A stretch of 54,538 nt of DNA, counting the filler, from Squatina squatina (taxonomy: Eukaryota): assembly GCA_031763465.1 (NCBI GenBank). It is 3 parts of 3 records of this genome, joined end to end, with 100 filler letters (N's around TTAATTAATTAA, not from the genome) between each part and the next. Parts side by side here need not be neighbours in the genome. Positions count along the whole stretch, not along the records: positions 1 to 20,288 come from JARFOE010000080.1; 2 more parts are not named here. The stretch is one strand, 5' to 3'. The notes beneath the pieces are model-generated. The model was given only the letters and a program-made list of their open reading frames with translations, did no database searches and had not been told where the DNA came from. Position 1 is the stretch's first letter. Every line of letters starts with the position of its first letter. The translations under genes were made by a program, and so were the position numbers. Shown here one piece after another: positions 1-11,817 of the stretch.

Positions 1-519
1 AAACGTAGCAGAAGGTAGGGTGACAGAAGCTGTTGCTGATTTCCCTGACCATCCCCAAAGCATGGTGGGCACGGGCTGTGAATAAAAATCAACTGTAAAA
101 CTTGTTTCTGCTGTTCAATATTGATCCTGCACATGGTTAAGAATATAGTGCACGCTGCAGTATGATTGGAAATGGGCACTCTGCCATATTGGGAAGATGA
201 ACTCATACAAGTGTGACCACTTTGGATGATTTGCACATTTTTACCATTTCCTGCTTTGAAAAATATTTACTCATTGGGCCGCACTGCTGCGGTGATGTGG
301 GATCAGTCGTGGCTTCTTGTAAGTTGAAGTGATGTCAAAAAAAACCCCTGTGATTAGGACAGAGCTGTCAGTGGGAGAGAGGCGGATGTTTTGTGAGGTG
401 TTGCTCACTGCTACAAGTGTGTATTTCCCGGAGATTTGCAGAGCAGTCTAAAGAGCTGAAGACAGTCTTTCGAATGGTCCCAGAGCAGCACAGGCACTTA
501 CATTTGATGCCTTTTTAAG

Positions 520-1097
520 GTATTTTGGACCCCATTAGCGCCTCCGAGGGGCGCTAACAGGGCGAAACAGGACAAAATATCGCAGGGAGGCAGCCATCTT
601 GCCTCCCGGGGAATTCAGCGGGGGTGCAAAGGCCTTTGCGCCTGGCCAGCTGAATTCCACGGCAGGTCATTGTGTGACGTCATAAAGATGTGTGCCGACG
701 CGCAGCCGCAGACCTGCAGAATTCACCTGCAGGAGGCAGCCGCAGCACTGGGAAACCTGTCACTGCAGTGGCCCTCTTACAGGGGAGGGCCTGTGCTCCT
801 GCCGCCGCCATCCTATTTTGTCGGCCGACTCTGTTGTCGGGCGACTGTTGGCGGCGCACGGCCTAATCGGGCCACCACTCCCTCGCCTCAGGCTGGTGGC
901 CCGGTCACCGGTGTCCCTGGTGGCCCAGCCGCGGGTCACTGTCAGAATGGCCCCCCCATTTAAGGGAAGCCTGGCAGTGCTGCTGACGTCAGCGCCATGT
1001 CAGTGACGTAGCAGGCCAGTGCCCCAGCTCTGCCCGGGAGTGAGGCTGACATCACTGCGGCTCACTCCCGCCTCACAACTACTAATTCCGTGGCGGG
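520..1097. mobile_element. GC-rich putative non-autonomous DNA transposon; similar stretches at 2496-2687, 30652-30985, 43324-43598 and 53535-53960
   Basis: Abrupt GC/CpG-rich blocks share cc(t/a)ttaaggg and ctgacgtca motifs and internal hairpins (ttagcgcctc-cga-ggggcgctaa). Several have ends of the GGG-N2-3-AATT type. Confidence 0.45.
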
Positions 1098-1784
1098 NNN
1101 NNNNNNNNNNNNNNNNNNNNNNNNNNNNNNNNNNNNNNNNNNNNNNNNNNNNNNNNNNNNNNNNNNNNNNNNNNNNNNNNNNNNNNNNNNNNNNNNNGAT
1201 TATGCTCCTGTGAAGCACCTTGGGACGTTTTACTTTGTTGGAGGTGCTATATAAATGCAAGTTGTTGTCAAAAGGTTCTGCTTAAAATTGAACCCTGAAC
1301 CTCTGACTCTTGGAGACAGGCAAATCCCTTCTGTCAATGCGCAATGATGTGTTCGCCGGTTTGTAATGTGGCTGTGCTATGGGGCAGGCGGAGAACAGCA
1401 GCAGGAATTCAGGTGTGATCTCATCTGGGATTTCCATGTATCGTTCTGTAGAGACCAGGCTGCTCTTGTTTTGGCTCCAGTGCCAATTACATGCTCTTTT
1501 TATCTTGCCTTGCAGGAGAAGCAAAGAACATGCCTCCCTATCCAGGACCAAACAAGATGAGGGACTGCTACTGTACGGTCAATCTGGATCAAGAAGAGGT
1601 GTTTCGGACCAAAATAGTGGAGAAATCCTTATGGTACATGTTTTTAATGTTACTGAATTTTAATTTCACTTGGCAACTGAAGTGAAAATATTTTAGCAAT
1701 CAATGTTCTTGCATTTGTTGAGACGATCACTCTCTGTGAAGCCGCTGACTGCTGTTGATAGATCGTTTCATGGCGTCGCTCCTC

Positions 1785-2395
1785 TCTATCTCTGTAACCT
1801 CCTCCAGCCCGACAACACTCCGAGATCTCTGTAACCTCCTCCAGCCCTACAACCCTCCCTATCTCTGTAACCTCCTCCATCCTTACAACACTCCCTATCT
1901 CTGTAACCTCCTCCAGCCTTACAACACTCCCTATCTCTGTAACCTCCTCCAGCCCTACAACACTCCGAGATCTCTTTAACCTCCTCCAGCCCTACAACAC
2001 TCCCGATCTCTGTAACCTCCTTCAGCCCTACACTCCTCCCTATCTCTGTAACATCCTCCAGCCCTACACCATTCCCTATCTCTGTAACCTCCTCCAGCCC
2101 TACACCATGCCCTAGCTCTGTAACCTCCTCCAGCCCTACACCATTCCCTATCTCTGTAACCTCCTCCAGCCCTACAACACTCCCTAGATCTCTGTAACCT
2201 CCTCCAGCCCTACAACACACCTGAGATCTCTGTAACCTCCCCAGCTCTACAACCCCCTCGAGATCTCTGCAACCTCCTCCGGCCCTACAACACTCCGAGA
2301 TCTCTGTAATCTCTTCCAGCCCTACAACACTCCCGAGATCTCTGTAACCTCCTCCAGCCCAACAACACTCCCGAGATCTCAGTAACCTCCTCCAG
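1785..2395 (+). repeat. ~34-37 bp minisatellite derived from the L2 LINE ORF2 C-terminus
   Basis: Unit ATCTCTGTAACCTCCTCCAGCCCTACAACACTCCCT, about 17 copies, running into a gap. Translates as PYLCNLLQPYNT. Confidence 0.9.
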
Positions 2396-3229
2396 NNNNN
2401 NNNNNNNNNNNNNNNNNNNNNNNNNNNNNNNNNNNNNNNNNNNNNNNNNNNNNNNNNNNNNNNNNNNNNNNNNNNNNNNNNNNNNNNNNNNNNNNTAGAG
2501 CTTTAAGCAATCAAGTGGGCTGTTAGGTAGGTGGAAGCAGTTACGCCAACTGAGGAATTTGCATGCTGAAGCTGACCACGAAAAGCTCAGTTAAGCATGG
2601 GCTTTAACGCTCCAACTCTAAAGTGGCTAATTGCAGGGTTCAAGGCTAATTTGAAAGAGGCCACTTTCCAGCGCGAAATTCAGCCCCTAGCGCTACAAAT
2701 GCAAAAAACCTGAATTGGGCTCCCACTGAATGGTACTGAGCCCTAGAGATCAATTGTGCTGCATTAGGTAATCACAACCAGACAGGGGAAGAGCTGTGAG
2801 AGACAGGCTCGGGGCTCAGGGATGAGAGGAGACCGGGACTAACTCCTAATCAAAAGCAATGATGTTGTCCGAAGATCGGGTTGTGTTTGGCTATGATGCC
2901 TTCCAGAGTTGAATAGGCCATGGACGTGCACTGTTTAAGTTCACACAGTGAGGAACCAGTAGGTGGTTGAGTCCATGCAACAGGTAGCATTACAACACCC
3001 CTTTTGACTTCCATGTAATGGTTTATTTTCTGTGCATAGACGAACTGGAGAATTACTCTGTTAAATGAATCTTTCCTGCTGATTTCACTAGAGCAGTAAT
3101 CAATAGAACTCATTAGACAAAGCCATCCCAGTCTGCAAGTAAACAGTCAAAATAATGAGAAAACAGTATCAATGAGAGCATGTCTCCAATTCCCTCTGCA
3201 TACTCAGGAACCCAGAGAATTAATTTATG

Positions 3230-3556
3230 CTTGCCATGTGATGGAGGTGGAAATAGACGGTCTTGGTGCACGGATGTGTGGTCGGAAGCTCATCTCAGGG
3301 TCAAATATAATACCAAGGTAGCAAACAGTCTGGTTCAGTCTCAGACAGTGAGGTGAGGGATGGAGTCAGTGGCACGGACCAAAGACAATGGCTTCGGACT
3401 TCTCAATATTTGGTTGAAGGAAATTTCTGTTCATCCAGAACTGGATGTCAGACAAGCAGTCTAACAATTTAGAGACCGTGGAGGAGTTGAAAGAGGTGGT
3501 GGTGAGGCAGAGCTGGGTGTCATCAGTATACATGTTGAACCAGACATTGGGAGGCC
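3230..3556 (-). mobile_element. L2-clade LINE reverse transcriptase fragment
   Basis: MYTDDTQLCLTTTS...CLSDIQFWMNRNFLQPNIEKSEAIVFGP, a degenerate YADDTQLY...WM..NFLQLN..KTE motif. Confidence 0.85.
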
Positions 3557-5836
3557 NNNNNNNNNNNNNNNNNNNNNNNNNNNNNNNNNNNNNNNNNNNN
3601 NNNNNNNNNNNNNNNNNNNNNNNNNNNNNNNNNNNNNNNNNNNNNNNNNNNNNNNNAACGTGCTCTGCCACCTTAAGGATTTGTGAATATGCAGCCCCAT
3701 TATTTCAAATGTGTAACAAGTTACTTTGAAGATAACCTAATTGTGTATTTTGATTTTATTTTAGGGAGCATCCAATCGGTGATAAGTCTCTTCAGTGTTA
3801 TATAACCCAAAACTCAGGATGTTCAACCAATTCCGTGTGACCAACTGCCTTAAGAAGGACCTGGGAAAGCTGAGAATATTACTTTATATCTGAAGGTGTG
3901 GATATTTAGTGATCACAAACTGAAAATGAAGTTTAAAACGCAGAAGAAAATTCGTATGATATGTACAGATTGCAGCATTCAACTCTCACACTTTTTGTCT
4001 GATTATAACAATGTTTTCACAGTTACAGTATGCACTTTAGTCATCTGATTGGAACAGGTGACTAACTATTTGCCTTTAAGGCAGTTATTTTATACTTGCT
4101 TTGAGCAGTGATCAGTTCAATGATCATTGAAAGTGAACCAGTCTGCGAGCAACTCCAGTGTAAAGTTTTTATTTTTTAAAATTGCTGGGTCTAAACCAAG
4201 CTGAGTATTGTTGTAATGAAGCAGTAGAACCTCATGAGCTGCAACCACGTAATGATAAACTCTGGGAGCCTCACGAGTCGGGAGCACGGGACGGAAGAGT
4301 AGGGCTCTAGTCCCGATCTGTGTCCNNNNNNNNNNNNNNNNNNNNNNNNNNNNNNNNNNNNNNNNNNNNNNNNNNNNNNNNNNNNNNNNNNNNNNNNNNN
4401 NNNNNNNNNNNNNNNNNNNNNNNNNAGTCCCGATCTGTGTCCTATCCGCGGAGGGTCTGTGCCTCGGCAAAGCCTCGCAAATTTACCTTTTCATCACTCG
4501 ACTCCCCCCTCCCTGCAGGGCTATAGAAAAGACACCCAAGGCACAGCAGGCTTTTCCATATCGTACCGAAAACTACTCCCCTTCCGTGCTGGGTTGACGA
4601 TTCTGCTCCTAGGATGAGCCCAGTATCGCCGCCGTGCCTGGTCCATCAAGCTCGCTGGCGCTGTTCTCCGTTACAGCTGGTGCCGCTCGGTCCAGTGCTG
4701 TTGGACGGACTCCGAGGTGCAGCTGTGATGAGGGCACTACGAGTCCCGGCTCATTGATTGCTGAATTACATCATACAGGCAGAAACTCTTGCCTGCAGTT
4801 GGAAAAAAAAGAGTCCAACCTTTGTGCCATTTTGTGTTGTATTGTGTGTACTGCCTTAAAAAGCCCTTGGATTTAATGCAATTGTGTCTACAGGTGCCAA
4901 CAGTGTGCACAATAGTGACACTGGGTGCCCGTTGGTGACACTGTGTGGCCGTTGGTGGCACAAGTGCACAGCCCACCTGACACAGTACAATGACACAAGC
5001 AGTGAGTGCAATCTTGAAATGATGTGTCCCGTGTCAGGGCTCCGAACCGAGCTGCACTGCGAAAAGTAATGTCATCTATACACTGTGAAACAGGCAATTC
5101 ATTGGTGCCGATCCCAAGGATGGTTATAGCGTTAAGGCCCAGGCACTCTGCTGTGGAATATTTACTGATCTATGCTTCCTGCTTCAGTTTTAACAGAAAG
5201 AGGATTTAAATCTTCATTTGCAATCACACGTTTTTATCTAAAGGGACAATAAATAGAACCACATTTTTAGGCAGATAGAATTCCTTTGCGATGCAGGGAG
5301 TTGTACATTAGCGTGTATCCGTTTTGAAACGAAGCACTGTCTTAGCGATAGAATTGATGTATCATGTTGTAGAAAAATGTTGAATAAAATTGTACATTAA
5401 TACATTAAACCGTTAAAAGGGAAATGGACTGAAATTAATTTCACGGTGAGCCTCCGATACACCTGCCAGCTGAACAGATTTCCTGCTTGTAACTTAACAA
5501 TGTACATAGAATACTAATAGGGCACCTTGTAGTTTTAACTGCCAAATTAAACCACACGTTTTTAACAGCTGTGTGTTCTTGTTTTTGACATGACTGGGTG
5601 AAATATTCACAAAGATTGAAGGGGTAAATGTGAGTGTAAAAAGGGAGGTGTAGGAATGAGGGCAAATCGCAGAGTGAAAACCGTACTTCCAGGAATTTGA
5701 CTCGAGTGCGAATTCAGCAGTAAGTAGTTNNNNNNNNNNNNNNNNNNNNNNNNNNNNNNNNNNNNNNNNNNNNNNNNNNNNNNNNNNNNNNNNNNNNNNN
5801 NNNNNNNNNNNNNNNNNNNNNNNNNNNNNATTTTGC

Positions 5837-6085
5837 TCGGTTGACCAAACATCCCGGTTTTCCCGGGACAGTCCCCATTTTTGAGGACACGTCCCGGTGT
5901 CCTGACACTTACCTTCAAATTGCTCAAATGTTCTGGTTTCTGGGAGCGAGAGCTGGAGCCGTGACTGTGCATGTGCAGTTGCTATGGAGCCGTAACTGCG
6001 CATGCGCAATCTCGATGTTAACCTGACTGCGCAATCTCGCAGGCTGATTGTCCTGGTTTGGGACTCTTTAGATTCGGTCACCATA
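5837..6085. mobile_element. Non-autonomous hAT (Blackjack-like) MITE
   Basis: Ends tcggttgacc...ggtcaccata resemble TAGGGTGACC TIRs. There are subterminal gtcccg/cgggac motifs, and both flanks end in tttgc (partial 8-bp TSD). Confidence 0.6.
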
Positions 6086-6384
6086 CTGTTTGCTCTACTG
6101 CTCCATACCCCTGTTTATAAAACCTACAGTGGCATTGCTTTTTTCTTGCTTCATCTATCTGCACTGGCTCTTCCAAGGAATTCTATATTAGCACCCTCAG
6201 GTGTCTCTGTTTCTCCACATCCTTCAACATCTTTCCATTGAGTTTATTCTCCCATTCCTTATTTTACCCCTGAATATCCATTACCTCACAATTCTGTGCG
6301 TAAAATTCCATCTGCCATCTGGCTGCCCATTCTGCTAACTTGCCTACATCCTCTTAAAGGTGTTTCTCTTAAAGAAAAAGTCAG

Positions 6385-6739
6385 GAAGACTTGCATTTAC
6401 ATAGCGCCTTTCACTACCTCAGGACGTCCGAAATCACTTTAGGGCGAATGAAGTGCTTTTTCAAGTGTAGTTGCTGTCGCAATGCAGGAAGCGCGGCAGC
6501 CAACTTGCGCACGGCAAGCTCCCACAAACAGCAACGTGATAATGACCAGATAACCTGTTTTAGTGCTGGTGATCGAGGGATAAATATTGACCCCCCCCAG
6601 GACACCGGGGAGTGCTCCCCCCACCCCCACCCCCGCCCTGCTCTTCTTCAGCAGCCAAATTGCGCACAGCAAGATCCCACAAACAGCAAACGAGATCATT
6701 GCCAGATGATCTATTTTCGCGATGTTGGTTGAGAACATA
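6385..6739 (-). mobile_element. SacSINE1-like SINE fragments (two pieces)
   Basis: Reverse complement of the SINE tail and body (gacttgcatttacatagcgcc...gcaagctcccacaaacagc...gataaatattg), with a partial second copy from about 6652. Confidence 0.8.
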
Positions 6740-7454
6740 NNNNNNNNNNNNNNNNNNNNNNNNNNNNNNNNNNNNNNNNNNNNNNNNNNNNNNNNNNNNN
6801 NNNNNNNNNNNNNNNNNNNNNNNNNNNNNNNNNNNNNNNAGCTTCTCCCGCCCTTTGCAAACTCCTCAATATTCTTCACAGCCTTTTGACTCTCTCCCAT
6901 CTTTTCACTATACTGTAAGTATTTTTATTTCTGTTAATATTCAGTGCATTGCTTTAATAAACAAAGTGCCATTTAGTAGGAAGCTTATATGGTTTTTCTT
7001 AGAGCAGTAGGGGACCAGGGTATTGCATTAAAAGCTTTTTCTTTGAATCACCTTTCCTATTGTGATGCATGGATTTTTCTTTTGGCACAATAGACGAGTG
7101 AGGTACACAGGATATTGTCATATTGCTTTATTATAGAAATAGCACCACTGTTCATTAGAGGATTGCGAGCCAGCTAACAAGCTTGGGCGCCTCGGAATAC
7201 TTTACGTCTTCTTCATGCAGACCTGGCAGCGGCTGATACGAGTTCGCAGTTCGCCCGCCTTGAGTGTCTCCGATTCTGGTGTCCTGAAAAAGAACGGAAC
7301 CTTTAGGAACAAGCTCTCCCCACAAGCTGGTGTCTGTCCCCTGAACGCTCCCCCAAGTGACAGCCTGGGCTTGGCAGTCTTGGAGGCAGGGGGTGGTGGG
7401 GTCCCGCCCCAGTCGGGGACCTCAGCAACCATTTCTACCGACACTAGAGCCCAC

Positions 7455-7645
7455 ACCGAGGGAGTGCTGCATTGTCAGAGGTCCTTTATCACATTGCTGT
7501 TTGTGGGAGCTTGCTGTGCGCAAATTGACTGCTGCGTTTCCTACATTACAACAGTGACTACACTTCAAAAGTAGTTCATTGACTGTAAAGCTCTTTGGGC
7601 TGTCCTGAGGTTGTGAAAGGTGCTATAGCAATGCAAGGCTTTTTA
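7455..7645 (+). mobile_element. SacSINE1-like SINE with an internal deletion
   Basis: gagggagtgctgcattgtcagagg is joined directly to ttatcacattgctgtttgtgggagcttg...gtgaaaggtgctatagcaatgcaag. Confidence 0.8.
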
Positions 7646-7896
7646 TTAGCAGAAAGGTGGCAATACTTTTCCACGAGTGTGAACTGGCATGAGTTTGAAC
7701 TGCCAATGCTGGCATTTAACTAGACTCTGGAAAAACTCAAAACTCTTCAGTGAAACTCCACTGTTGGGTAAAAGGAATTGTCCAAGATGATTACGANNNN
7801 NNNNNNNNNNNNNNNNNNNNNNNNNNNNNNNNNNNNNNNNNNNNNNNNNNNNNNNNNNNNNNNNNNNNNNNNNNNNNNNNNNNNNNNNNNNNNNNN

Positions 7897-10238
7897 CAGG
7901 CAGCGCGCATTCCAGATCCCAACCACTCGCTGGGTAAAAATGTTTTTCATGTCGCCTTTGGATCTTCTGCCAAATCACCTTAAAACTTCCGCCACCAGAG
8001 GAAATAGTTTCTCTCGATCTCCCCTATCAACTCCTTTAATCATCTTAAGACACCTCAATTCAGTCACACCTTAATCTTCTAAACTCGAGGGAATACAAGC
8101 CCAGTCTGTGCAACCTGTCCTCGTAATTTAACCCTTCTGGCCCCAGTATCAGCCTGGTGAATCTGTGCTGCAGGCAATGCAACAGTTCAAACAAACTCTC
8201 ATCTGAAAGACAGCGCCTCAGACAATGCAGCACTCCTTTGATACTGTGCATGGAGCGTCAGCTTAGAGCATTCTTCAAAACAGTTGCGCAAATACAAAAC
8301 AAGCCATTCAAACACCCAAACGTTTGTGGTTGTAGCCGCTTGGCTCCCTTACCGGAGTCAGGTTCATGGCCCAGAAGTAAGGTGCGTGAGGGAATGCGTC
8401 CATGACCATCAGTCCGACCTCCCCGTGCACCTTTCTGCTCTCCACAATCCACCCAACGTCCTTGAAGCAGCTGGTCAGCATCTGCACTAACATCAAACTC
8501 CTGGAGAGAACAAATTTGCAGGGAATTACACTGTGTGCACGGCACAGAAACAGACCATTCCGTGTCGGCGTTTCTGCTCCACGCGAGCCTTCTCCCGCTC
8601 TCCTCCATCTCACCCCATCACCATATCCTTCCATTCCTTTCTCCCTCATGTGCTCAGCTCGCCTCCCCTTAAATGCATCTATACGGTTCGCNNNNNNNNN
8701 NNNNNNNNNNNNNNNNNNNNNNNNNNNNNNNNNNNNNNNNNNNNNNNNNNNNNNNNNNNNNNNNNNNNNNNNNNNNNNNNNNNNNNNNNNNGTACACTAA
8801 TTCTCCCATCGAAGCCCCTCCTTCTGGTACAGTAACTCTCCCATCAAAGCCCATCCCTCCCATACAGTAACTCCCCAACCAAGCCCATTCAATCCATGCA
8901 TTAACTCTTCCATAGAAGCCTCTTCCTCCAGTAGGTTAACTCTCCCATTACTGTGTTTTATTACTGCCAGTGTTTTTGCCTCCATTGCCTTGTTTGATGG
9001 ATTATTCCAAGCATTCTCACACAGTTACTAAACACATTTTTCCCAATAATGTTTCCAAATTTATTATTCTCTTTCCATTTATACCTCCAACCTTCCTGGT
9101 TAACTGTGAAGTGATATTTATCCCAGTTAATAATAATATATACTCAATGAGATCCCCGTTTAACTACCTTCTTTCGAGTTTAAGCTGCTCTATTCCAACG
9201 CAATGCTGCTTCAAGTTTCACCCTGTATTCCAAAGCAAGGTTTCATTGGTAGAATAGTTGCAACAGGACTTGGGGGCAGATGAGGAGAAATTGTTTTTAC
9301 GCGGGGAGTTGGTATGATCTGCAATGCATTGGGTTGCGGAAGCAGATTCAATAGCAACTTTCAGAAGGAATAAATACTTGAAAAGGGAACAATTTTTAAG
9401 GGCTGTGGAGAGAGAACAGGGGAGTGGGACTAATTGGATAGCTCTTTCAATGAGATGGAACAGGCATGATGGGCTGAATGGCCATCTTCTTTGCTGTTAT
9501 GATTGTGTGAGGGGTAGTTGCCTGATCTCCATTCATTCAGTCATCCATGTACTTATCTCATCATTTCATCATCAATTCATCGACCCAACAATCCAGCCAT
9601 CTCACATCACTGACTTCATGGTCTCATGCACAGGCTGACAGAAATGGATGTGTTTATCCAGATGGTGCAGTGAACAGCAGAATTTGCTCCGTCATTCCCA
9701 CAGGTGGCGAAGGTTCTCTCTCAATGGTTCCATTGACCAAGGCAGTGTGTGCGTACAGGAGTCATACGGACAGGTGCTGCCTGAGTGGATCACACCCAGG
9801 TCTGCACTTGGTGTGCTAAAGTTAGCCCGGGAAGAATGAGTTCCTCTGTCCCCACTCCCTCACCGCACCCCCACCCCCATCCCCCCACATTCCTNNNNNN
9901 NNNNNNNNNNNNNNNNNNNNNNNNNNNNNNNNNNNNNNNNNNNNNNNNNNNNNNNNNNNNNNNNNNNNNNNNNNNNNNNNNNNNNNNNNNNNNNTCAGGA
10001 AGCACTTCCTCACACAAAGGGGAGTGGGAATCTGGAACTCTCTCCCCCAAAAAGCTGCTGAGGCCGGGGGTCAATTGAAAATTTCAACACTGAGATCGAT
10101 AGATTTTTGTTGGGTGAGGGTATTAAGGATTACGGAACCAAGGTGGGTGGATGGAGTTAAGATACAGATCAGCCATGGATTTAATTGAATGGGGAAACAG
10201 GCTGGAGGGGCTGAATGGCCTCCCCCTGTTCCTATGTA
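7897..10238. mobile_element. Several CR1 3' fragments: 7897-8170 (-), 8535-8690 (-), 9270-9510 (+), 9995-10238 (+)
   Basis: FTQRVVGIWN, LGLYSLEFRRLR and CR1 3' UTR motifs (gggctgaatggcctcc). Confidence 0.75.
8795..8950. repeat. Degenerate tandem repeat (taactctcccat core)
   Basis: Repeated TAACTCTCCCAT...AAGCCC units; related reverse-complement units (tgggagagtta) near 10255-10305. Confidence 0.55.
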
Positions 10239-10614
10239 CCAGAGATAGGCATTGATTGGAGAGTTAATTAACTAAAGAGATTGGTTTTGATGGGAGAGTT
10301 AATATACCAAAGGTATTCCTGACACTATTGAGGCACGGGATGTTGGCCTCCTAAAGTTGGACCTCTTTGCACTTGTATTTCACCCTTCACACTTCTCTCT
10401 CCCGAACCTAACTCTGAACTGCACACATTATTTTCCTGTCTCCAGATAGATGAACCAGTGAATATCCTCCCAGTTTTTGCAAAGTGCTCTGCAGTGCCTT
10501 AAATGATTGCAAATAAAAAATGTAAACCATTTGTCGAACACAATCAGATTATTGACCGTCTCCTTGAATATCTGTTGAGTCACGTCCTGTTTTCACTTCT
10601 TGTTTCTTCTGTAG

Positions 10615-10695
10615 GGCGGAAAATCTTACTCAGGACCCTGTAATGGGAGAGACTGCAGTGCTGGATGCCAGTGTTTCCCAGAGAAAGGAGCCAGA
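10615..10695 (+). CDS. COL4A2: Type IV collagen alpha chain, N-terminal (7S-proximal) internal exon, most likely COL4A2
   Basis: A long pyrimidine tract and tag acceptor (ttcttgtttcttctgtag|) precede an 81-bp phase 0-0 exon encoding [27 protein letters not shown], followed by the donor |gtgagt. The PCxGxDCSxxCQCxPEKGxR motif is typical of the alpha2/alpha4/alpha6 chains. COL4A2 is preferred because its strand and order relative to ING1 and ANKRD10 match human 13q34. Confidence 0.85.
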
Positions 10696-10904
10696 GTGAG
10701 TACACACAATGGAATCTCTGCATGTATCAGGCTGCAGGAATGTTCACATAAGTACTGATTGGGATGGACATTGCCTTGTCCTTCGCTGACCCCCTCACAA
10801 GAGTTTCAGGTGATAGCTTTGTGAGTAAGTGCTGGCCTCCAGGAAACTCACACAGCCCTACAACATATTGAGAAATTGCAGCGCACTGTTTGATAGGTTC
10901 TGGT

Positions 10905-11629
10905 AGTGGGATAGACTTCGCACTGTGGGAGAGACTCCTCGCTGTGGGAGAGACTCCTCGCTGTGGGATAGACTTCGCACTGTGGGAGAGACTCCTTGCT
11001 GTGGGAGAGACTCCTTGCTGTGGGAGAGACTCCTCGCTGTGGGATAGAATTCTCACTGTGGGAGAGACCCCTCACTGTGGGAGAGACTCCTCGCTGTGGG
11101 AGAGAATCTTCGCTGTGGGAGAGACTCCTCACTGTAGGATAGATTCTTTGCTGTGGGAGAGACTCCTCACTGTAGGATAGATTCTTCGCTGTGGGAGAGA
11201 CTCTTCGCTGTGGGAGCGATTCCTCACCATAGGATAGACTCCTCGCTGGAGGAGAGACTCTTCGCTGTAGGATCGACTCCTTGCTGTAGGAGAGTCTCGT
11301 CACTGTAGGATAGAATCTTCGCTGTAGGATAGACGCATCGCTGTAGGATAGATTCTTCGCTGTAGGATAGACTCTTCGTTGTAGGATAGACACCTCACTG
11401 TAGCATAGACTCTTCACTGTTGGATAGATTCGTCACTGTAGGATAGACTCTTCGCTGTAGGATAGACTCTTCCCTGTAGGATAGACACATCGCTGAAGGA
11501 GAGACTCTTCGCTGTAGGATAGACTCCTTGCTGTGGGATAGACTCTTCACTGTAGGTTGAGTCCTCACTGTGGAAGAGACTCTTCGCTGTGGGAGAGATT
11601 CTTCGCTGTAGGATAGATCCTTCGCTGTG
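10905..11629. repeat. 19-bp minisatellite
   Basis: Unit CTGTGGGAGAGACTCCTCG and variants, roughly 38 copies, ending at a gap. Explains the 19-aa periodicity of the overlapping ORFs. Confidence 0.93.
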
Positions 11630-11817
11630 NNNNNNNNNNNNNNNNNNNNNNNNNNNNNNNNNNNNNNNNNNNNNNNNNNNNNNNNNNNNNNNNNNNNNNN
11701 NNNNNNNNNNNNNNNNNNNNNNNNNNNNNGGGGGTTTGAACCCGATGAGTGGCAGAGATGGATCTGGTTGATCCCAACTCTTGTAAGGAAGCTCTCTACA
11801 TGGGAGGCCAGGTCTAA

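Noticed and set aside
3766-3840. Short exon-like piece after ttttattttag (EHPIGDKSLQCYITQNSGCSTNSV*)
   Set aside because: Stops in all frames within 75 bp and no recognised homology; insufficient support.
4309-4442. 17-bp direct repeat flanking a gap as a target-site duplication
   Set aside because: AGTCCCGATCTGTGTCC sits exactly at both contig ends, so it is most likely an unmerged contig overlap.
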